This document shows positions 44,309 to 62,441 of a DNA stretch of 64,000 nucleotides, piece by piece; position 1 is the stretch's first letter, and each line of letters begins with the position of its first letter. Made by a program: the position numbers and the translations under genes. The stretch is from the human T2T-CHM13v2.0 reference genome, Homo sapiens: the NCBI RefSeq assembly GCF_009914755.1, contig NC_060940.1; one strand, written 5' to 3'. The notes below the pieces were generated by a model, which saw nothing but the letters and a program-made list of their open reading frames with translations, was not told where the DNA came from and ran no database searches.

Positions 44309-44338
44309 AGTGACCTTAAACCTGAAAGTGGTAGCAAG
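44309..44338 (+). CDS. CYB5B: CYB5B exon 3, 30-nt microexon (SDLKPESGSK)
   Basis: Polypyrimidine tract then acag|AGT; donor AAG|gtaaga; keeps frame. Confidence 0.95.
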
Positions 44339-46120
44339 GTAAGAAGTCAGCGGTTTGTCTTGTGTTTATATTTGTGTTTACTCAAGTAGGACTGCTTTTT
44401 GAAACATTTTTTCTTAACAAGAGAAGTTACAAAGTATTTACTTTTTCCCCAAGCAAAAATCCTATTTTTCTGGAATTTGGACTCAGTATCATCTCAGGAA
44501 TAAAAGAATAGCTGAGTCTTGAACAGTAGGAAACATTTTGCTAATGCCTTTATACGCTTTTTTTTTTTAACTGAAACTCCAAAGCTATGCCCTGTGTGGT
44601 TTTGAAAGAAATTAGTTTATGGGTTCAGTTGTGGAAAAATATCTTACTTTTACATTATGTAGGACAAGTGATAATAATTGTTTCTGTGTTGGAAAAAAAT
44701 AATTGCAAAGTTGTTTTGTTTCTTATAGGTTATCTTCTTTATCTGTAATACAGAGGCCTTTCTGTACTTATTTTCCAAATTTAATTCTTTTTTCCTGTAG
44801 GCTCAAACAGGCCCACACCCTTCCCGGTTACTTAGTAATACAGCGAAAACAAAAGACTAAGTATTTGAGTGTTTGAAAACTTTAATGTGTACTACATTGC
44901 ATACCAGGAAGAAAATATGGAACCATTTTCTGCCTCCCACATGCTAGGTGGTTCATTTCCCTTATTCCCTAACAATTTTCCTTAATTTCTGTCCTTCAGA
45001 TAGCTGGTACACAGCACTCTAATTTAAAGGGACAGCAGTTTAGGTGCCACCTAGAACATAGGAAAGTGATGCTGCCTCCCTTCCATTTTCCTCCTCCTTG
45101 CTGCTTGCTTCCCATTCCTCATTGAGCCGAAATTACTGAATAGGTTTGACACAGCAATTAAAGTTGGCCTAGACACAAGAATTCTATTAACTCAAGAGAT
45201 TGCTTGCTTAACAGTGTCTGCCATCTGTTGCCCTGCAATCCAGAGTGTTTGTGTAAATTAACTCTTCCATGTTGCTAGACTGCTACTCTGAACTATTGAA
45301 TTGTTTCTGAAAGGGGAATGAAATGGTTCTTAAAACACTTTGTAACAACTGTTGGTTGTTTGTCCTCTCCTCCTAACACATGTACTATCCATTCTTGAAT
45401 CCTTAAAAAAAAAAAATTAAATAGTTCAAAACAGTATTCTGTAAAAAGTTTCTTCCTGTCTCAAGCTCTCAGTGTCTTAGTTCCCCTTCCCTGGAGGTAA
45501 CCAGCCATCATTTTTTGTTGTTGCTTACTCTTAATAACTTGTGTTATTATGGTAAAATTTGAACGAAGCGTGGCCTTGATTTGTATATTGAACATGTCCA
45601 GAAAATACCACTTTCAGAGGTCAACATCTGATTCAAAGGATATAGGAGCCATAACACATTTCTGCACAGCAACTATGAGAGCATCTTTTATATTAAAACA
45701 ATAGAAAAAATATGTTTGCAATTACAATGTCTAGAAGTCTACAGATTGCTTCTTGTTGCTGTTTTTCTTTCTTGGTAGTACAGTTAGGACCATTCTTAGG
45801 AATGTAGAACAATGTTCCCCAAATTCTGTTCTTGTATCACCTCAGTTGGAATCCCTTGGTATGTACATGAATATATATAGGAAATGTTTATTTCTTGGGC
45901 TTCTACTCCTACTGCTTTGGAATCTCTGGAGATAGGGTTTAGGAATTTGCAATTTAAGTAATCTAGGTGATAAGTAGGTAGCTAAGCCCAAACTTTTTGC
46001 TGAATGATATGCCCATCTTTTCATTTGAAAACTTAGGAAAATTTAATTCTCTTCTGTGGTAAGCATTGTCTGCCTTCTATAGGCCAAAGGATTAGAGATT
46101 TCTCAGCTGAATTAAAACTA

Positions 46121-46443
<323 letters not shown>

Positions 46444-47863
46444 CTATTGAGCCTTAGATTTTTTTGTAAGAAAGATAGAAAAAGAAAGCATTTAAGCTCA
46501 CCAAGTTCTATAATAATTTAGAAGTCTCCAAATGTAGTTTAGCCCCTATCTGGGTTAAAAAGTGACTAAAGGCAGTGTTTTCAATCCTGTTTTCCTCATG
46601 TCACTGTACTCAAGGGACATGTCTTCATTAAGTAGAGAGTCTGGCTATTGTGTTTCTAGTCACTCTGCTCTACTTCAGGCAGATCAGGCAAGAAAGGCCT
46701 TTTGGAACATTTTCAAGACCACCTACATAGGTTTTTATAGAGCTATATTCCAACCTGACTTCAGTTCCAGGAAGAAATTCTTGATCTCTCAGATTTATTT
46801 CTTACAGAGGTTTAAATAGGCACTTGGTGTCTAGGATGTAGGTATCTCTCTTCTCCATACTTTATCTGGTTTAAACATTCACCATTAAGAAATGGAAATG
46901 GAGTTCATTTCATTGGTTACCTTCCTTTCTCTTGGTTCATGGTTTCTGAATCTTTATGAAGAAGTGATTTTTAAAAGTCAAATTAAAAAGTATCTTCAGC
47001 CTATGGGAGAGAGTTTTCATTTCCATTTTCCTTCTTCTCCTTCTTCTACTCCCTGTCTGAACTGCACCATCCCTACTGCCCCCCAAGAAAGAAACACTCA
47101 AAATGTTGCTATTCCAAAGTGTAAGTCAGTAACCATTCCCTAATTCTTTTAGAAAACACCTTTCATATTACTTTTATAACACAGGTAAATAATTAATGGT
47201 CACCATTGTTTTATTGTTAGATGGATAGTACCTGAGTTGAAGGCCCAGAATTAATATACTAAAAACGTAAAGACTTAAAAACTTAAAGATGTAGCAACAG
47301 ATTTTTTTTTAACCCGCTTCAATCAAAAATAACTAACTAGAATTAAAAACCATTTGTCTTTGTGAATCTCTTCCTTGCTGGATTAACCCTCATGCTGAGA
47401 GCCGTCAATCTCCTACTTATATTTGACTTAACATTTTTCTGGTTTGTTTTTGGTTACGGAAACTCACCTTAGAAACAGACTCAGTGCTCTCTGTGCCAGT
47501 TTGCCTGCCTGCTTGCCTGCTCTTTAGCAAGTAACCTATAAATATTCGTGGTCTATGAATTCTCTCTTTGATGATGTATTTACTTCTTGGTTAGCTGTTT
47601 TATCACTTAATCTGCCATCAGTTCAAGAGATAAAGTGCATACAAATCGTAACCTGACTAAAAAAGTGGGCACCATTTCATTCATTTCTTCAACAGATATT
47701 ATCTAGATAATAGTTCAACTGCTTTACTAGTTAAATCTTGTAGTCAAATAGGTCTAGTAATTTGACCTGTTCCCCATTACATTTTTTTTGAGTGAGTATT
47801 ATAAAATGTACATGGTAAAAAAAAAATTTAAATAGTTCAAAACAGTATACTATAAAAAAAGTT

Positions 47864-49340
<1,477 letters not shown>

Positions 49341-49739
49341 TTAACTTCATTTTTAACTTAAGAAGCTTGACTTATGAAATCTAGTAAATTTTACATGTTA
49401 GAAGCAGTCTATTAATTGCATTTAAAGTTACATTTTTTCTCCCAGATGCTACTGACTTTTATTATACATACAGTTTTCTGTTATATAATGTATTATGTAA
49501 CATACAGTTTACTTCTTTTATGAGAGAAACTAAAAGGAATATATTGTTTATAATTATGAAATATAGTTAGTTGATTACATCAAATTAAAAATTTTATTTT
49601 TAAGAATTATTTAATATCCCTACCATACCTACTACCTAATTTATTAAAGTTTGGAATGGGATGCTGATGCCCTTTAGACAAGCAGTGATTGCTATTTACC
49701 AGAGAATTTTGTCTGGTTATTTCCTGATTTCTTGTGTGT

Positions 49740-52496
<2,757 letters not shown>

Positions 52497-54309
52497 CTAC
52501 TTATTTATTTTAGTGGGGAATTAAAGCCTTAATGAACCTTGAACTTGAGGAACCAGTTTTATTTAAACAGTTAATTTCCATGAGTTTTGAGCTAAAGTCA
52601 GAGTAGACTTAACAGCAATTTGTTTTAGAACCTATAATACCAAAACTCACAGCAATTTTGTTGTTTGCCAGTGTATTCTAAGCTTTTCGAAGAAAAAGAA
52701 GCATGCATATTAATTGCTTGGTAGGGGTTATGCTGGAAGAACTTTGGATTTGATTCACCACTTGTAACTAAAATCATAGTATTGCAATTATTACTTTCCA
52801 GGCCAAAGATTGAGAGCATTAAAATCTGGGCATGGACATAACCAGCTAGATATGCCTCAATACCTGAAGGGATAAATTAAAGTCAACTATAAACTGTAAG
52901 CTTTTCACTTAAGCATCCATTAGCTTTAGTCTAGTGCTTAGCTGTGGAAATGAAGACTGGGGGGAACTGTGCCTAGGGGAAGGGTGGAGGTGAAGGGAGG
53001 TTATGTGTTAATAGAACTTTTTTCATTTCAGTTTAAAAACAAGCGATTTGGTTTATTTCCAAATTTGGCTGAGAGTCCTGGCTGCTAAGAGCTGTGCCTT
53101 CAACATCTCTTTGATTATTATGTATTTGATTAAAAGTGGGGTCACTATGGTTTGCATCTACTTGGCTATCAGTATCCTAAAGGGAGTGTATGCCTCTTTC
53201 TCTTCTCTTTCCTTTAATGGGTTAGACAGGTTGGTCTTTTTTTTGCGTCCCCAGGGATGGATTGATCTTAAAACAGGCACATTTTGCAGTACTTAGTTCA
53301 AAGAACACCATATGTTTTAAGTTATTTATTGTTTAGAAATTTTTACATTTCAGCATAGTACGGTTTTGGCTGTCTTTGTTCTCTTTCTTCTTCAGTTGCT
53401 TATTACCTTTTTCTAAGGCTCACCCTACTTAGCAGAGATCCAGGGCTTTTGATTGTAAAAGAGGCTAAAAGCTTTGAAATTTAGAGAATCCATTTATATG
53501 AAGTATATGATTTTTACTCTAATTATAGATTAAACATCATAATACATATATTATGCTGTGATGCTCTCATATAAGCCTTTCAAATTATCCCTTTTAAAAA
53601 TAGTAACTACATTTTTTGTCTATAAATCATTGGTATTTATGTAGCTAAAGCATAAAAGACCATGAACATTTTCTTGATGGAATTCAATTATTTCTCGGTT
53701 ACTGTAGTGGAATATTTATTTTAAAAGGCAGCATTATAAATTAACTTGATGCACATACTACCATCGCTACCACTCCTACCTTCCGAATCTGTAGATAGTA
53801 ACATTTGTTGTATTTTTCAAAGATTGACTTGTAACTCATTTTAATTAATCGGATCCTTACTAGACTAGTTGAAATGTCCCAGATAATGATAATCATTAAA
53901 GTCTTAAAGAAGTATAGAAGTATGTTAATATGGTTTCTTTAAAACCTTTCGTTTGCCATTTTTCTTGCCTACAGACTAATTTCTTTCAGGTTTGGGGCAT
54001 GTATTCATTTGCATGACAGTGTTTTGGATATATGAAATTAAAACTCATTTCATGGACTGCTCTAAAGTATATTGGGGCCAATGTGATTGGTTTCTGGAAA
54101 TTCTTGGAGATTATTGAAAACGGTGGTTAAGCAGAGCTAATATTCCATGTTCATACCCTGATATACTTCTACATTTTGCAAAGATGGTATTTTGGGCAGC
54201 AGCAACCTATGCTAAAGGGTTATTGTCCTCTGGCAGTAAGTTAGCAGGCCTTTTGTACTATACAGCTGGTTAATGGAATCAATAACTCGTTTGATACTTG
54301 AATTGAGTA

Positions 54310-54680
54310 AAAAAATTGTAATAACAGCTTTATCGTGATACAATTCACATACCATACAGTTTACCTATTTAAAATGTACAAATCAATGGTTTTTAGTGTA
54401 TTTACAGAACTGTGCAGTCTATTTTAGAACAATTTCCTCACTCCAAGAAGAAACCCCATATTCATTAGCAGTCGTTTTCCATTTCCCCACAACTCGTCCT
54501 CCTCACACCAGCCCTAGGCAACCACTACTAATCTACTTCTAACTCTATTGATTGTCCTGTTCTGAACATTTTATGTAAACAGATTTATATAATATGTAGT
54601 CTTTTGTGTCTGCTTTCTTTCACTTAGGATAATGCTGTGAAGTTTGTAGCATATATCAATACTTCAGTACTTTTTATTGC
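54310..54680 (-). mobile_element. L1MB-like 3' fragment
   Basis: cagctttatcgtgatacaattcacataccatac ... cctaggcaaccacta, similar to 12310-12840. Confidence 0.65.
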
Positions 54681-55284
54681 CAAGATTTGTTTTTTAAGAT
54701 TATTTTATCATTTTCTTTCCCTTGACTCCATTTTTTCTCTTTTCATTGTGAAATCAATTCTAAGGTCTCCTGTCATAATTATTATGATTTCAAGGAGTGA
54801 ACCAGTATATTTTTGTGATCTACAAGCAATCATCTGTATGATCTAGAGCATTTCACAGTTGATCTACATGTTAGAAGAGCTTTTTGGACTTTAAAAAATG
54901 TTTTTAGAAAGTGTGATGTTAGCTATTGCCAGTGGCAAGCCCAGCTGAACCAGGTACATCATCATGACCACAGAGTAGTCCATTTCAATATAGTTTGTAT
55001 CATTAACATTTTTTAACATCTAAAAAAGTTTAGGTCATTTCTATGCTTTCATTAGTGATTCTTCACTAGGAAGGAACCTAGTGAAGTGCCAGTATGTTAT
55101 CAGAAATAAAATTCCCAGTCTATCCATTGCTTATATATTTGTAAACACCAAAATGCATGAAAGATGAAGTTCTGGTATCAGTTACAGGGTTGACATAGCT
55201 TGATCAAGAAAATGTACATGTGCTATGTTAATCTTCTTTCTTTTTGTTTGTTATTTTTGAATTTTTTTTTTTTTTTTATTTCAG

Positions 55285-55313
55285 GACCCTTCAAAAAATG
55301 ATACATGCAAAAG
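55285..55313 (+). CDS. CYB5B: CYB5B exon 4, 29-nt microexon (DPSKNDTCK + AG of Ser)
   Basis: Long poly-T tract then tcag|GAC; donor AAG|gttagt; its phase-2 end matches the start of exon 5. Confidence 0.95.
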
Positions 55314-56160
55314 GTTAGTATCTCCTTAACAGCTTTCCATACGTTCAAGGTAATGTCTGGCAAGAGACTCTTCCATAAGTATATGTATGTAACATAACTT
55401 ATGAGTGCAGTTTGACAACTAATTCTTTTTTGGCCCAAATCATTGCAAATTCAGTTGTTCCTTGACATTAGAAAAATTAACTTTTACAGTTTCAGCCATT
55501 TTGAATAATCTAAAAGTTTCATGCCTTGAGTCATTTTTTAATCTTATTGTGACATAAATTGGAATCACACTCAGTAAGAGGCCAGGATGCATGGACAGGT
55601 AGCTACTATTGGGTCAGCCTTTAGTCCCGAAGTTCAACCCAGCTACATGATTCTACTTAAAACTTAATCGCATTTACTTCTCACAACCACTCTGTAAGGT
55701 AAGTGCTATTATTACATATTGCAGGAGAAAAAAATACTACGGTCATATTTAGGAATTTGGGTTTTCTCAGGTTTATTTACAATATATTCCTTGGCATTAA
55801 TATTAGTAATTCATTAGTATTAGCTCTGAAAGTTATAAATTGCCTTACCTTAAGTGCCTCTATCTAAAATGACTGTGGAATCCTTGGCTTGTACAGTATC
55901 TTTGTGGAGATTATATAGAGCTAGCCATTCTATTTTTTGGACATCTCGAAGTATTTCAGAGAAAGAAAATATGTCTTTTTTTCCCATAAAGTATCAGATC
56001 TATTACTTGAGGTAACGGACACAGTATAAAAAATTACAAACTATTAGTAAATTTAGTTTCCTTAATATTAAGGGCTTAGGATCAGCGAAATGCTGCATAA
56101 AAATTTTGAAAATACAAGCCACAAAATTGCAGATTTTAAACAAAACTTATGCTTATGCAG

Positions 56161-56437
<277 letters not shown>

Positions 56438-56479
56438 CCAAACCTTATGCTTATGCTATAAAACTTAGACTTAAGCAAA

Positions 56480-57060
56480 GCATAAAACTGATAAAGAATT
56501 ATTAGGTAGAAGATATAAAGAATTCCTACAAATCAGTTTTTTAAAACCTCAGTAGAATATGAGAAAAAGATTTAAGCACTTTACAGAAAAGGAAACACAA
56601 ATGTAAACATATGGAAATGAGGTTTAATCTCATTCATCATTAGTGATATGTGAATTAAAATCATAGGTATATTTCATACCTAACCAGATTGGTAAAAATT
56701 AAAAATTTTGCAAATAAGAGTTGGTTGGAAAGTTTATCACCGACTCTTAAGCACTCCTAGGGTAATGTAAATGAGTATAATCACTTTGGAAAACAGTTTG
56801 GCATTATCTAGTAAATTTGATAGGATGACTTAACTTTTGACCCAGCAATTCCATTTCTAATGATATACTTGATAGAAATGTGTGCCCAGGTACACCCAGA
56901 AATATATGCAAGAATGTTCATAGCAGTGTTATTCGAGATATTCAAACATCAGAGACAACCCTAATAAATTGTGGTATATTCATACAATGGAATACTACAA
57001 AACAATAAAAATAAAGGAATCACAAACATGTAGTAGTCTAGATGGATCTCCAAGAAGAAA
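56480..57060 (+). mobile_element. L1ME-like fragment (ORF2 end/3' UTR)
   Basis: cactttggaaaacagtttggca, gacccagcaattcca, gaatgttcatagcag, tgtggtatattcatacaatggaatact. Confidence 0.65.
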
Positions 57061-57223
57061 AATCTGTCTTATGGTAGGAAGTTATTGTTGAACCTGAATC
57101 TCCTGTGATGCAGTATAAATGTATTTCCTCTGGTTCTCTCCTCAGTGGCAGTTAAGTATTAGGAAAGATTATGTGAGGATTGGTGTCAACCATTCTCAGT
57201 CTTTTGTACTAAAGAAATTTTCT

Positions 57224-57420
57224 GGCCGGCGTGGTGGCTCATGCCTGTAGTCTCAGCAAACTGGGAGGCCGAGGTGGGTGGATCACGAGGACGGGCTGAG
57301 ACAGAAGAATGGCGTGAACCCCAGAGGTGGAGCTTGCAGTGAGCCAAGATCGCGCCACCGCACTCCGGCCTGGGTGACAATGAGACTCCGTCTCAAAAAA
57401 AAAAAAAAAGAAAGAAAGAA
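57224..57420 (+). mobile_element. Internally deleted Alu
   Basis: TSD aaagaaattttct. Confidence 0.85.
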
Positions 57421-58622
57421 AGAAATTTTCTCCTTCAATGTTTTCTCAAGGATCCTACTTTTGGATTCTTTAGTCTCTTGCGGTTACTCTTCAAGGAGTC
57501 TGAATTCATTACTCTTATCAGGAGATTACTTCAGAGTTCCCATGTGCATATTGCTGTTATACGTGCCATATTGCTTGGTTTTGTAAACAAAGCTACCTGG
57601 CTGATATTCTAAACTAGTCCAGAGTAGCTTTCTGCTGTACGTAAGCATACAGAGTGCTAGGCATGTTTAGGCAAAGAGAATCATTTTTCTTATGAACTTC
57701 AGCTCGTTTTATTGACTTCAAAACCTTTTAATACCAAGACTCATATGTCTTAAGTAGAGGGGCAGCCGGGTCATTTGGATCATGGAAGAATTATACCTTA
57801 AAACTAGTGTGCTAATAAGTTCTATTAAAGAATTATTATGTTAAGGAGAATGATGACTGTTCTGAAGCTCCTAAGGAAGGTCTCTTGCAGTACTTTTGAA
57901 GCTGCCATTTGCTTCACCCTGTTAGAACTGTATATGCTTTGTGTGTATGTGTATCCTTATTAGTGTCCAAACTTAACTAGGGATTAAGAGGATGGGTTTG
58001 GAATCAGACTGTCCAGCTGCCTTTCTAGCTTTGGGATTTGGGGTGCAAAGCTTATATTTCCCTTGTATGAGATGAGAATAATAACCCTATTTCGTAGGTT
58101 ATCCTATTTCATAAGGATTAAATCTTTAAAATACATATGAAGCAGATAGGATATTTCTGGTAGTTATATTAGATATGATTACTTCCAAATTTATATTGGG
58201 ATGGATATGTTTTTATACATATATGAAATGTCACATACATAATGGTGTTTTTTCCTGTTTAAAAATGTTTAATTGTAGAATACGTGAAAAGCAAAAGCAC
58301 AATGAAGAAAATGTGAGAGTATCCATAATCCCTAACTCAGAAATAACCACTATATGACTTTGTAGAAACACATATAGAGGCATTTAAAGACATCTTATTT
58401 GATATCATACTATTGGTTGTTTTTAACCTTTTAAAAAATTACTTTGTAATATTGTCACTCCAATTCAAATATTTTTCCCCAACTACTTTGTGATAAAAGC
58501 AGTTAAATTTCCCAAAGTAAATAAAAACTCCTTGCCTATATAAAAACATGTGAAAGCTGAAAGATAGTGAACATTTGGCTTAAAATATTAACAACTTTAT
58601 TGCTTTCTCCCCCTATTCCTAG

Positions 58623-58713
58623 TTGCTGGGCATATTGGATTTTACCCATCATAGGCGCTGTTCTCTTAGGTTTCCTGTACCGCTACTACACATCGGAAAG
58701 CAAATCCTCCTGA
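58623..58713 (+). CDS. CYB5B: CYB5B exon 5 coding part, tail anchor (SCWAYWILPIIGAVLLGFLYRYYTSESKSS*)
   Basis: Acceptor ccctattcctag|T; a single hydrophobic segment followed by a short polar/basic tail; TGA at 58711-58713. Confidence 0.98.
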
Positions 58714-59153
58714 GGAGGCCTTGCTGAAGTTAGAAAGTGCATCCACTTTGGGGCGAAAACTAGAGACTTGCTTGGGGGCTGCAGAAGTGCCCTCTCCTCG
58801 AATCCTGCCAGTTGCATTCTTCCCCCTTGGAGCCAAGACGATTGGCCAGACATCACCTCAGATCTGAGACCAGCGTCTTCCATCTCTCAGAGCCTTACTC
58901 CCAAAGTACCTGCTCACTGTTCCGTGTTGAACAATTGCCGGTGTTTCCTCTCTTCACTGGTTTCCATGAGTACCCTTATATTTCACAACTTTCTGTTCAT
59001 AAGTTATAGTGACATTGCTCTTTGGTAAAAATGCCTGCTTTCCAATACTTTGATTGCATATTAGACATTCTTAACAGGGCGGCAGTCTAGTGTTGAAAGT
59101 TTTATTTTTCCATTTTTCTTTTAAGTAAATTTTTTTTAAAAAATTCTGATTTA

Positions 59154-59284
<131 letters not shown>

Positions 59285-59974
59285 TCTGATTTAATTCTTT
59301 TATTTATCATAAGGGGTTTAATTCCTGAAGTAAAGGTTTGCACCTATTAAACTTAAAACTGCCAAATGATTTTTGTTCTTTTATGTGCGTGATAAAAATA
59401 CAAAGAATGGTGTGGCCACCTCCTCCCTTTCAAGCTAGGGCAGCAGGTAGCTCTTCCCAGCCCCTGAGCCCAGCCCCTTCCCAAGTGGTGCCGGACAAAA
59501 AACTACATGGCCCTTTCGTGTCTTGGGGGTGGAAAGGGAGGGATGAATTGGGGTGATAGAACCCTGGTGAATTCAGAGTAATCTTTCTTTAGAAAACTGG
59601 TGTTTTCTAAAGAAACAGGATAGGAGTTTAGAGAAGGCACCAAAGCTTTCACTTTGGTTTGGCACCAGTTTCTAACCATCTGTTTTTTCTACCCTAGCTA
59701 TCTTTTATTGGTAAAATATAAATGTATAATTATGTTTGTAGAGCTTTACCAAGGAGTTTCCCTCCTTTTTTGTTTGTTGATTAGCAAATTTTTGATTCTC
59801 CATTTTCCAAAAGTAAGAGACTCCAGCATGGCCTTCTGTTTGCCCCGCAGTAAAGTAACTTCCATATAAAATGGTATTTGAAAGTGAGAGTTCATGACAA
59901 CAGACCGTTTTCCATTTCATCTGTATTTTATCTCCGTGACTCCAACTTGTGGGTTTGTTCTGTTTTTCCATGAG

Positions 59975-59980
59975 AATAAA
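59975..59980 (+). terminator. Proximal polyadenylation signal AATAAA
   Basis: Canonical hexamer with upstream TGTA and downstream T/GT-rich sequence (tttttttctcagatgtgtgttc). Confidence 0.65.
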
Positions 59981-61390
59981 ATACTGGCGGTTTTTTTCTC
60001 AGATGTGTGTTCATTGAGAAGTAGGTTACTAGAATTATGTTACTGTGTCTTATTGGTTCAATGATGATTTCTCTGGCATATTAGACTTTTATTTTTTCCC
60101 CCATGGAAGCACTTGAGGAAATAAATAGTACACTGGCTGTTTTCTGCCAGCAACTGTGGTGATTTTTCTCCCTGTCCTTTGAGAATTGCTAGTCTGCTTC
60201 TGAGCCATTGTCATATCCAGCAGGGAGCAGCTTGGTTCAAGAAGGACCATAGAGGCTGCTCAGCATCTCCTCCCTCCCTCCCAGCTTGCCAGGGATTTGA
60301 TGAGACAGGAAACTGCCCAGCAAACCAGGGACTGCCCATGTAAACTATTTAAGAAAAAGTTCAACCCAGGTCTTGTATCCTGTGATTTAGCAGTTGAATG
60401 AATACAGAATTCATCAAAATAATATTAACCTTGTACTTGCACACTTGGATATATTTGGGAGTAATTTTAGGAGATTTCTGGCTGACTTTTATTATCAGGG
60501 ATATGGGTTTAGTAAAGCTTTTATCTTTAGAAAAATGTTTGTATGCATTATAAGATGCTACTTTTAAGACAATATTGAAAAAAACTTTGGTTATTATTTA
60601 ACAAAAGTGGTATGACTTGATGCTTCTCTATTTAAAGGCAAGGAAGGATTGGTATATGATTGCCTGTAATAAATAAATTGCGTGATTATTGGAGTACATT
60701 GGGGTAAAAGTAAAGAACAGAGGAGTATTGAGGAGCTTGAAAGGGAACATTCAAACTAAAGCCAAGCCTGAAGATAACTTGAATCAGTTGTAAAAGTGTG
60801 TTGGCAATGTCCGAAATTGAATGAAAAACATCTGGCTTATAAGAAATGTTAAAGAACTACCATCTTAAGTAAAATTGGTGTTTTTGTTATTTTTAAGGTA
60901 AATGCCAATGCAAAAGGTATGTTTTTCTACTTCACATTGGTTTTCTTTTCCTGTTTACATCTGCACTTGTTTTTTGCTGAGAGCCAGAGGAAAAGATAAT
61001 TAGACTTTGTCTCTTCCACCCATGAAATCCCCCAGTACCCAGGGCTTCTTCTGAACTACTGCCGATGTGATGTCACTTTGTATCTGGAAAATCACTTTGG
61101 GGTCCATTTACTGTTATTTTGTTGCCTACAAAAACAGCCAGGTGAAAGCTAAATCTTGTGTGAGAGTTTGCAGAGGTTTTTCTATACAATAAAGTAGTAT
61201 AGCACACTAGCCAAATCCATCCAAAAGGACCTTTTTTTTAGGAAGTAGACTTGAATTCACAAAACAGTCTTGACATGGGTAGCTGGTGAAAAACCCTCTG
61301 GAGAGCAAGTGGAGCCAGTCCCCATTGGCTGACAGTGCCACCTGGAGCTGGTCTCTGGGGTGTTCGGTTGTTTATTCCTGAGGAAGACTA

Positions 61391-61413
61391 GCTGCTGCTG
61401 CTGCTGCTGCTGC
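61391..61413 (+). repeat. (GCT)7 / (CTG)7 trinucleotide repeat in the 3' UTR
   Basis: gctgctgctgctgctgctgctgc. Confidence 0.95.
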
Positions 61414-62435
61414 AAACTGTACTGTACACATCATGGCTGCTGGACACGAAGGAGGAGGTGAGAGAAGTTTCATGCTACCGAAATAGAGGGTGTTGGTACC
61501 ACTGCCCCTGGCCTGAGAGCCAGGGTTTAAACCTGCCTCAGTAGAGTCTAGTTTGAAATGACACCAAAATTCCTCAGCCCCTACTCAGCAATTGGTTTTG
61601 GTTTCCAAATGACTTCTGCATTTGTAAAGATAACAGAGTGGTGGGGTCAAAGTTTATCTTGTGTTTAGATCTCTTCAAGACTGCTTAAGCAAAAACAAAA
61701 ATCCCTTGGAACCTATCGTTTGAGCCTGTAAAGTTGTTTTAGCAGTTGTCATAAATGCATATGTTGTGAAATCAGAACACTGTCGAGTTTATACTCATTT
61801 AGCTGCAATGTGGGACAATGAAAAATGCTTTACAGGCCTGGAGTATCATTACTTATGGTATCTCCTGCTTTAAAATCTCAAGCGATATCTATCTGGTTAA
61901 ATTCCATTTTAGGAGATTGAGATGCAGAACGTTAATGTTCATTACCTCCTCCTACCCCAAGAGAAATGGATTCAGACATGTCTTGTCTCAACAAGAAATT
62001 GATTTTTTTTTAAACTATCTCATTCTGTTGCCAAATATCACAGAAGTAATGAGGAGTTTAGTTACATTTGGCTGTTGTGCTCTGAAAGAGCCAGGTTTGG
62101 AATTTGTGGGGGTGATCTAGGAAGAAGGTTCCAAAGAAGCAGAGGCATTTGTCAAGTTACCTACCCTATATCCAGCATCCTCCTCATGAGCTTCAGTAGC
62201 TGCTCTTTGCCCACGCGTGTATCCTACGTTTGCTATTTGGGCAAACCATTACTTCAGTTATTTAACTTCCCTTTTTTTTTTAACTTCACCTTTGACTATG
62301 AACAAGTAACGGTAACATTCCTTTTGTGTATTCAATAATGCAGTTAGTTTACCTTTTTCAGAATATTTTGAACAAAGATCTTTGTCTCTTTCTGCTGGAA
62401 TGCGCACACAGTGAACGTTTGTTAGAACTACACAC

Positions 62436-62441
62436 AATAAA
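62436..62441 (+). terminator. Distal polyadenylation signal AATAAA
   Basis: Canonical hexamer followed by T- and GT-rich sequence (ggtgtttttt, gtgttggttttg). Confidence 0.7.

Noticed and set aside
58711-58717. Stop-codon readthrough of CYB5B
   Set aside because: The context is TGA-GGAG, not the readthrough-prone TGA-CTAG.
61818-62120. 100-aa ATG ORF in the 3' UTR
   Set aside because: No recognisable homology or codon signal by eye; it would need ribosome-profiling support.
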